64,000 nt of DNA from NCBI GenBank assembly GCA_038870975.1, contig JAVZJD010000001.1, positions 70,184 through 134,183 on the forward strand. Direction: 5' to 3'. The notes below the pieces were generated by a model. It was not told where the DNA came from and made no database searches. It worked only from the letters and a program-made list of their open reading frames with translations. Made by a program: the position numbers and the translations under genes. Positions 57,757 to 64,000 of this stretch are shown in pieces (the first letter of the stretch is position 1; each line of letters opens with the position of its first letter). This DNA comes from Candidatus Bathyarchaeia archaeon. GTDB lineage: Archaea; Thermoproteota; CALKCG01; B24.

Positions 57757-58973
57757 CTCCCACCTTTTTTCCGAGTCATATAAGCTGTTCTAAGGGGAAG
57801 ACTCCATATTTCTATAAAACCAGGGGCCGCTGATTGATCAAACGTACTTTTAACGCTGTAAGTAGCAAGATCCTTACTATACAGCGAGTAGTTAGACATT
57901 CTCGAAACAACTCTTAATCCTCCCTTATAAAGCTTCAGTCTAACCCATCCTTCAACAAACCTCTGAGTACTATTGATAAATTCTTCCAAATCCCGTTTGA
58001 GAGGCTCATACCATAGACCAGCGTAAACTAGAAAACTCCATTGTCTATCTACAAGCTCTTTAAAATTCAATTGACTCGGCGTTAAAACAAGTTTCTCAAG
58101 GTCTTTATGTGCTTCAACTATACAGATGGCAGCTGGACATTCATAGACCTCTCTAGTTTTGATTCCCACAATTCTATCTTCAATATGATCTATTCTGCCC
58201 ACGGCATTTCTTCCAGCGATCTCATTCAACCTCATTACTAATGAAACACCATCTAAGACTTCTCCGTTGAGTGAGGTGGGTACTCCATTCTCAAAGCCTA
58301 TAGTCACATACTCGGGTTTATCAGGAGCCTTCTCCGGGTCTACAGTCCATTTGAAAACCTCACTTAAAGGTTCAACTTCGATATCTTCTAGCGGTCCACA
58401 CTCTATACTTCTACCCCATAGGTTTTGATCGACGCTGTATATCTTCTCCCTGGTAAAGGGTATTCCATGCCTCTTAGCGTATTCGAGTTCAAACTCTCTA
58501 TCTAAACCCCATTCTCTTACTGGAGCTAAAACCTTTAAGTTTGGGCTTAACGTTTTAACTGTTGCTTCTATTCTGACTTGATCGTTACCCTTACCAGTGC
58601 ATCCATGTGCCACTGCATCAGCTTTAACAGCTTCAGCTACTTCAACAACATTCTTGGCTATCAACGGCCTAGAAAGTGCGCTACTGAGGGGATACTTACC
58701 CTCATATAATCCATTAGCCTTGATACTTGGAAAAACATAGTTCTCCACAAACTCCTTCTTAGCATCTATAAAGAAGTGTTTTACAGCACCCAGCTTGTAA
58801 GCCAATTCCTCTATGGATTTGAAGTCACTGCCTTGACCTACATCAACAGTAACCGTGTAGACTTCTGCGTCGTACTTCTCCTGAAGCCATATTATTGATA
58901 CAGAGGTATCTAGACCTCCAGAGTATGCGAGTACAATCCTATTCAAAGCCGCTCCCTCGTTCAAACTCTTCAA
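57753..58973 (-). CDS. argG: argininosuccinate synthase
   Basis: …VLAYSGGLDTS… PP-loop, …HGCTGKGNDQVR…. Confidence 0.85.
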   Translation of the reverse strand: MKSLNEGAALNRIVLAYSGGLDTSVSIIWLQEKYDAEVYTVTVDVGQGSDFKSIEELAYKLGAVKHFFIDAKKEFVENYVFPSIKANGLYEGKYPLSSALSRPLIAKNVVEVAEAVKADAVAHGCTGKGNDQVRIEATVKTLSPNLKVLAPVREWGLDREFELEYAKRHGIPFTREKIYSVDQNLWGRSIECGPLEDIEVEPLSEVFKWTVDPEKAPDKPEYVTIGFENGVPTSLNGEVLDGVSLVMRLNEIAGRNAVGRIDHIEDRIVGIKTREVYECPAAICIVEAHKDLEKLVLTPSQLNFKELVDRQWSFLVYAGLWYEPLKRDLEEFINSTQRFVEGWVRLKLYKGGLRVVSRMSNYSLYSKDLATYSVKSTFDQSAAPGFIEIWSLPLRTAYMTRKKGGR

Positions 58974-59019
58974 TTGAATCCAAGCATTAAGTTATGGAAT
59001 CTTAACATAAATATAAATT

Positions 59020-59418
59020 TTACTGAGAATCTTGAATTCTCTCCCTTAAATATTCTGAAAATTCCTTAACTCTACCTTTTCTCTCAACGTATATTTTTGT
59101 ATCTAATCTAACTTTAATGCCGAGGCTTAGGAGGAGCTGATAAAACTCACCACCACTTATTTCGGTAGGTATTCTATGGTCTAATATCGCCTTACCAAGG
59201 GCATTAATTATAGCATATGCCTCTTCTGGATACTGGCTTTTAAGAGCCGATAGAACTCTTAAACCTAAGCTGTCTAAAGCATTTCTAACAATACTTTCAT
59301 AATCTGGCGTCTTATTCTCCTCAGAAGAGCCTCTTAGAGTTTTAGCCATAAGCTTACGTTGAATTTCTAAATACTTTTTCCTCATCAGCATGTTTAATTC
59401 ATTATCTTCGCCACTCAA
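59020..59418 (-). CDS. PDCD5/TFAR19-family dsDNA-binding protein (archaeal)
   Basis: 132 aa. N-terminal helix (…MLMRKKYLEIQRKLMAK…) and C-terminal …EAYAIINALGKAIL…IPTEISGGEFYQLL… match the pattern of archaeal PDCD5-like proteins. Family name is from memory. Confidence 0.4.
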   Translation of the reverse strand: MSGEDNELNMLMRKKYLEIQRKLMAKTLRGSSEENKTPDYESIVRNALDSLGLRVLSALKSQYPEEAYAIINALGKAILDHRIPTEISGGEFYQLLLSLGIKVRLDTKIYVERKGRVKEFSEYLRERIQDSQ

Positions 59419-59574
59419 GGTATCCCCTCTAGGAGAATAATGCTTACAAGGTTTAAACGTGACTATTCAGGCTAAAGAAGCTTTCTCTTTTTGCGTAGTT
59501 TAAACCCATAGAAATAGGAGCTAGACAAGAAAAGGTTAAATGTTAAATCCTACTCCATTCTGAAGGGGTGTTCT

Positions 59575-60627
59575 TTGAAAGTAAGTATCATAGGAGGATC
59601 AGGGTATACAGGTGGAGAGCTGTTGAGAATACTAGCGACTCATCCCAATGTAGAGATAAAAATGGTCACTTCTAGGAGATATGTAGGAGACTATGTTCAT
59701 AGGGTTCATCCAAATCTCAGAAGAATACTCGATATTCAATTCACAGACCCAGACACTTCGAAAATAGCTGAAGAGAGCGATGTAGTATTCCTATGCACGC
59801 CTGCTGGCGTCTCTGCAAAAATATCGCATGAATTTCTGGAGAGGGGGGTTAAGGTTATCGATTTAAGCCCAGACTTTAGACTTAAAGATCCAAAAGAGTA
59901 TGAACGATGGTACGGTTGGAGACACCCCAGACCAGACCTTTTAGAAAAGGCTGTCTACGGTCTACCGGAACTCCATAGGGAAGAGATACGGAAGGCAGAT
60001 TTAATAGCATGCCCAGGCTGTATGTCAACAGCTGGTATACTAGCCATGGCACCTCTAGCTAAAGCAGGTTTCATCAAGCAGAATACCGTCGTAGTAGATG
60101 CAATGATAGGTTCTTCAGGAGCAGGTGCTACACCTTCTCTTGCAAGTATACATGCTGAGCGGTATGGTGTCATAAGACCGTACAAGCCAACTGGACATAG
60201 ACATACGAGCGAAATAGAGCAGGAGCTTAGTCTATTGGCTGGTGGGTGCATCAAGGTTGCATTCTCAGCTACCTCTGTTAACATAGTGAGAGGTATTCTC
60301 GCAGTATGTCACTGTTTCACCGAAAAGAGTTTAACAATTCGAGATCTTTGGAAGATCTATAGACAATTTTATGGAGATGAGCCCTTCATAAGACTTGTCA
60401 GAGACGTTAAAGGGATCTTCCGATATCCAGATCCAAAGCCTATAGTAGGCTCGAACTTCTGCGATGTGGGATTTGAATTCGACCCTTATACCAATAGGAT
60501 AGTTGCCCTAGCAGCCATAGATAATCTCGTTAAAGGCGCTGTTGGAAATGCTGTTCAAAGTCTAAACATAATGTATGGACTAGATGAAAAGACAGGTTTA
60601 ATGTATCCTGGTATCCATCCTGTTTAG
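59575..60627 (+). CDS. lysY: [LysW]-aminoadipyl-phosphate / N-acetyl-gamma-glutamyl-phosphate reductase (LysY/ArgC)
   Basis: …VSIIGGSGYTGGELLRIL… Rossmann start, catalytic …CPGCMSTAG…. Confidence 0.8.
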   Translation: MKVSIIGGSGYTGGELLRILATHPNVEIKMVTSRRYVGDYVHRVHPNLRRILDIQFTDPDTSKIAEESDVVFLCTPAGVSAKISHEFLERGVKVIDLSPDFRLKDPKEYERWYGWRHPRPDLLEKAVYGLPELHREEIRKADLIACPGCMSTAGILAMAPLAKAGFIKQNTVVVDAMIGSSGAGATPSLASIHAERYGVIRPYKPTGHRHTSEIEQELSLLAGGCIKVAFSATSVNIVRGILAVCHCFTEKSLTIRDLWKIYRQFYGDEPFIRLVRDVKGIFRYPDPKPIVGSNFCDVGFEFDPYTNRIVALAAIDNLVKGAVGNAVQSLNIMYGLDEKTGLMYPGIHPV

Positions 60628-60638
60628 GAGGCACGGTA

Positions 60639-61823
60639 TTGGATACGCAGACGATAATTCAGCTCGAAGAAAAATATATGGTTAATGTCTACTTCAGATA
60701 CCCAGTGGTTATTGTAAAAGGCAGTGGCGCAGTACTATGGGATACTGAAGGAAGGCGCTACATAGACCTAATGGGTGGATACGGCGTCGCGATAGTTGGC
60801 TACTCACACCCAAAAGTTGTTGAAGCGGTTAAAGAACAGCTCGGTAGACTTACGGTATGCCATCCGAGCTTATATAACGACGTGAGAGCCTCTCTATTAG
60901 AGAAGCTTGCAGCAGTAGCTCCAAATGGCTTAGACAAGATCTACTTATGCAACAGTGGAGCTGAAGCTGTTGAAGCAGCTATTAAAATGGCTAAGAAGTT
61001 TACTGGTAGGTCCAAATTGGTATCGACAATTGGAGGATTCCACGGAAAAACACTAGGTGCTTTATCTTTGACGTGGAATCCTAAGTATAGAGAGCCTTTT
61101 AAAGACCTTTTAATTAAAAACGTAGAATTCGTACCCTATGGAAGTCTTGAGAGGTCAGAGGCAGCGGTCGATGAGAACACCATAGCATTTATAGTAGAGC
61201 CGATACAGGGCGAGAGTGGTGTAAGAATACCGCCGGATGATTATCTGAAAGGCTTAAGAGAGATATGCGACAGAAGGGGAAGTCTACTCATAATTGATGA
61301 GATTCAGACAGGATTAGGTAGAACTGGAGCCATGTGGGCCTGCCAACATTGGAATGTAAAACCAGACATCATGTGCATTGGTAAAGGTTTAGCGGGAGGA
61401 ATTCCAATGGGCGCGGTATTAGCAAGAGAAGATATAGGCAGTAGTCTTAAGCTTGGGGAACATACGAGTACGTTCGGTGGGAACCCTCTTGCATGCGCAG
61501 CTGCTTCAGCTGTAATAGATTTGATAACCAGTGAGAAACTGCCTGAAAGAGCGAAAAAACTGGGAGAGACATTTAAACTGGGGTTGGAGAAGATTAAGCA
61601 AACCCATTCATCCATAAGAGAAGTTAGAGGCTTAGGTTTGATGAGGGCAGCGGAGCTCAGATTCGACGTAAAAGACGTTATTGTTAAAAGCCTCGAAAAT
61701 GGACTTATAACCTTATACTCTAGTAGAAACATATTAAGGTTCCTACCCCCTTTAGTTATAGAAGAGGCGCAAATAGTAGAGGCCTTAGAAATCCTAGATA
61801 GAGTACTCACCTTGGTCTCTTAA
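60639..61823 (+). CDS. lysJ: acetylornithine / [LysW]-aminoadipate-semialdehyde aminotransferase (LysJ/ArgD, class III PLP)
   Basis: …LIIDEIQTGLGRTGAMWA… and PLP-lysine …CIGKGLAGG…. Confidence 0.8.
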   Translation: MDTQTIIQLEEKYMVNVYFRYPVVIVKGSGAVLWDTEGRRYIDLMGGYGVAIVGYSHPKVVEAVKEQLGRLTVCHPSLYNDVRASLLEKLAAVAPNGLDKIYLCNSGAEAVEAAIKMAKKFTGRSKLVSTIGGFHGKTLGALSLTWNPKYREPFKDLLIKNVEFVPYGSLERSEAAVDENTIAFIVEPIQGESGVRIPPDDYLKGLREICDRRGSLLIIDEIQTGLGRTGAMWACQHWNVKPDIMCIGKGLAGGIPMGAVLAREDIGSSLKLGEHTSTFGGNPLACAAASAVIDLITSEKLPERAKKLGETFKLGLEKIKQTHSSIREVRGLGLMRAAELRFDVKDVIVKSLENGLITLYSSRNILRFLPPLVIEEAQIVEALEILDRVLTLVS

Positions 61824-61836
61824 ACCTATATGGAAA

Positions 61837-62139
61837 TCACAGTCTCTTCCTACCGTGTTTATAGGGTCGAGCTTTATTCACAGACATTTTTACTCTGATG
61901 GAGTTTGAAATGTCTATTTTAAGGTCTCCGCAGATGTGGAAAATCCTGATGAGTGTATCAGCCACTTCTTCTTTAAAAGCCTCAAAATCATCGTCCCTCC
62001 AAGCCTCCATAGCTTCAGAAAGTTCGGTCACTACAAGCATTAAATATTTTGGCACGTTGTCCCATGTTACGTGGAAGCCCTTTGAATTTGCTATTTCCGT
62101 AGCTTCTCTAACGAGTTCCTCAATCGCCTGCGAGCTCAA
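61837..62139 (-). CDS. MazG-like all-alpha nucleotide pyrophosphohydrolase
   Basis: …LMLVVTELSEAMEAWRDDD…EEVADTLIRIFHI… EExxE/D motifs. Confidence 0.6.
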   Translation of the reverse strand: MSSQAIEELVREATEIANSKGFHVTWDNVPKYLMLVVTELSEAMEAWRDDDFEAFKEEVADTLIRIFHICGDLKIDISNSIRVKMSVNKARPYKHGRKRL

Positions 62140-62247
62140 GTTATCAGGTAGACATATCTGTTTAGAACTCTAATAAACGTAGCTTTCAACTTCTCAGGAA
62201 ACTCAGCATTAATTTATATAATTTTGCTACATCAATAAAAATCCGGA

Positions 62248-63600
62248 GTGGAAATGGAGGTTTTAATTAAAGATTGCAGCTGGATAGTTACTCAAGATGA
62301 CCATAGAAGGCTGTTAAAGAAGACATCTGTGCTAATAAAAGATGGAATTATTGAAGATATAGGCCGTGATTTAAACGGTGGAGATATAGTAGTCGATGGA
62401 AAAGATAAAATTTTGATGCCTGGCCTCATAAATACGCATACACATCTTTCCATGAGTCTATTCAGAGGCTATGCTGAAGATCTACCGTTGGATAAATGGC
62501 TTAGAGAGAAAGTGTGGCCTTTGGAACGAAAACTCGACGAACAACTCTGCTATATAGGAGCCCTGCTCGGATGTTTGGAAATGGTGAGGACGGGTACAAC
62601 TTGTATGGTTGACATGTATTATCATGCTGGAGCTGTAGCTAAGGCTGTCGGAGAAGCCGGGTTAAGAGGGTTTATAGGTCAAGGTCTAATGGACACGATG
62701 ACAGATGATAGAACTCCGAGTGAAAGTTTAAGAAAAAGTTTCCTAGAAGCAGCTCATAAAGCACTTAAAGCCATTCAAGAATTAAGTGATCCAAAGGTCA
62801 AGTTTATAGTAGCTCCACATGCCCCATACACTTGTTCAGACGAACTCCTCATAGAGGCGCAAGCGATGGCCGAAAAGATTGACACACTCGTACATATACA
62901 CATAGCTGAAACTAGGAGGGAGCAGGCTGTGTTTCAGAGAAACTATGGATGTAGCGTCTTAGAATACTTGGATAAAATCGATTTTCTAAATAAGAGGGTT
63001 TTAGCTGCACACTGTGTTTGGCTGACAAGAAGGGATATAGAAATATTGGCACGTAGAGGCGTTAAGATTTCTCACTGCCCTATTTCAAACATGAAACTTG
63101 GAGTTGGAGGAGTATCGCCAATTCCAGAACTAGTGGAAGCTGGAGTACTAGTAACGTTGGGAACGGATGGACCAGCAAGTAATAATACGTTAGACATGTT
63201 TGAAAGTATGAAAATTGCAGCTTTGCTTCAAAAACATAACCGTTGGGATCCGAGTGTAGTAAACGCTCAACAAATCCTTGATATGGCTACGGTTAACGCA
63301 AGTGAAAGTCTAGGTCTTGGAGGAATTGTTGGACAGGTTAGAGAGGGTTTCGAAGCAGACTTGATATTGGTGGACGTTAGAAACCCTAGTCTTCAGCCAG
63401 TTCACAATCCAGAAAGCTTAGTGGCAAACCTTGTATATGCCGCTAAAGGTTTAAGCGTCAATTCCGTGTTCGTGAAAGGTGAACCTCTACTGCTAGATGG
63501 AGTCTACCAAACTCTCGATGCAGATAGGATATACAGCTTAGCTGAAGAGGCTTTAGAGGAACTCGGTATTAAGCTTTCTAACTGCACCGGAGATGTATAA
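62248..63600 (+). CDS. mtaD: 5'-methylthioadenosine / S-adenosylhomocysteine deaminase-like amidohydrolase (MtaD/DadD family)
   Basis: …LMPGLINTHTHLSMSLFRG…, …HIHIAET…, …HC…, …GTDG…. 450 aa. Confidence 0.75.
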   Translation: MEMEVLIKDCSWIVTQDDHRRLLKKTSVLIKDGIIEDIGRDLNGGDIVVDGKDKILMPGLINTHTHLSMSLFRGYAEDLPLDKWLREKVWPLERKLDEQLCYIGALLGCLEMVRTGTTCMVDMYYHAGAVAKAVGEAGLRGFIGQGLMDTMTDDRTPSESLRKSFLEAAHKALKAIQELSDPKVKFIVAPHAPYTCSDELLIEAQAMAEKIDTLVHIHIAETRREQAVFQRNYGCSVLEYLDKIDFLNKRVLAAHCVWLTRRDIEILARRGVKISHCPISNMKLGVGGVSPIPELVEAGVLVTLGTDGPASNNTLDMFESMKIAALLQKHNRWDPSVVNAQQILDMATVNASESLGLGGIVGQVREGFEADLILVDVRNPSLQPVHNPESLVANLVYAAKGLSVNSVFVKGEPLLLDGVYQTLDADRIYSLAEEALEELGIKLSNCTGDV

Positions 63601-63623
63601 TACACCACTCATCTACCGAACTA

Positions 63624-64000
63624 TTAGAGTTCACAGTAAACACTTTTATCTTCCAGACAGGCTTCATCTATTCTCAAGTAGCCAGAGCCGCCCAGCCATA
63701 TCGGTTCAGCTTTTCTAATGTGTAAACGTTTCCTGAAGAATGGCGCATCGAGGACAAGCGTCTCATATTCACCGCCCTCCCCAAGTAGGCTGAAACGGTG
63801 CTTATAGGCTAGGCGGATAAAATCCATGAGAGAATCGGCATCTAGAATTTTCCCTAGCCATTCCATTGTCAATCCTTCAGCTGCTACACCTACGATAATC
63901 GCTCGAAAACCAAGCTCTAAAATCTCTCTCAAAATCAGCTCCGCGGTTTTACTCCATAAAGGTGTGAAACTCTTCAGGCCGAGTTCTTCACATACCGAAT
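63624..64000 (-). CDS. Dph6/MJ0570-family ATP pyrophosphatase (diphthine-ammonia ligase-like), 3' portion; gene continues beyond the window end
   Basis: C-terminal …GEGGEYETLVLDAPFF… signature. The reading frame stays open to the window edge. Confidence 0.55.
   Translation of the reverse strand, partial: SVCEELGLKSFTPLWSKTAELILREILELGFRAIIVGVAAEGLTMEWLGKILDADSLMDFIRLAYKHRFSLLGEGGEYETLVLDAPFFRKRLHIRKAEPIWLGGSGYLRIDEACLEDKSVYCEL

Overview
This 64 kb window is an archaeal chromosomal segment with the usual signatures of a hyperthermophilic crenarchaeon, probably Thermoproteales-like. Evidence for that placement: a LysW-mediated lysine/arginine cluster, a type-V FBP aldolase/phosphatase, NucS, family-B DNA polymerase, L7Ae-S28e-L24e, an AT-rich genome (~42% GC) with GC-rich stable RNAs, HEPN/MNT and VapBC modules. 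There are no rRNA genes, no CRISPR array and no IS or transposase gene.

Housekeeping content:
- ileS with a LeuRS-like paralog immediately downstream.
- polB, nucS, argG, lysW, lysZ, lysK, lysY, lysJ.
- cofD and cofC preceded by a nitroreductase-family gene.
- Ribosomal proteins L7Ae, S28e and L24e, followed by archaeal adenylate kinase.
- Two tRNAs, both on the minus strand: tRNA-Cys (GCA) and tRNA-Arg (UCG).
- A mtaD-like deaminase, a MazG-like gene and a Ham1 ITPase.

Energy metabolism:
- A group-4 membrane-bound [NiFe]-hydrogenase is split between two loci. One locus holds the catalytic module (NuoB-, NuoC-, NuoD-like large subunit with intact Ni-binding motifs, NuoI-like ferredoxin) plus the HycI protease at 39.7-42.7 kb. 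The other is a minus-strand operon at 1.0-5.65 kb with a second NuoC-like gene plus NuoL-, HyfE- and NuoN-like membrane subunits.
- A further paralogous NuoI-like ferredoxin sits at the window start.

Carbohydrate and surface:
- A GH4 glycosidase and a GH51 arabinofuranosidase.
- Two sugar nucleotidyltransferases and an 855-aa GT-C-like membrane protein.
- A SlaA/SlaB-like S-layer gene pair.

Accessory or unusual items:
- Two translationally coupled paralogous pol-beta-superfamily nucleotidyltransferases of uncharacterised architecture, divergent from a wHTH regulator and adjacent to a ~260-nt GC-rich structured RNA island.
- A LeuRS-like synthetase with a degenerate HIGH motif (HVGG).
- A PolB whose Exo I motif has lost both catalytic carboxylates.
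- A coiled-coil protein containing 2.4 perfect copies of a 126-bp tandem repeat.
- A VapBC cassette plus a small ORF flanked by ~130-bp imperfect direct repeats.
- An intact HEPN-MNT pair, with what looks like a decayed second MNT copy nearby.
- A frameshifted phosphotriesterase-like lactonase pseudogene next to tRNA-Cys.
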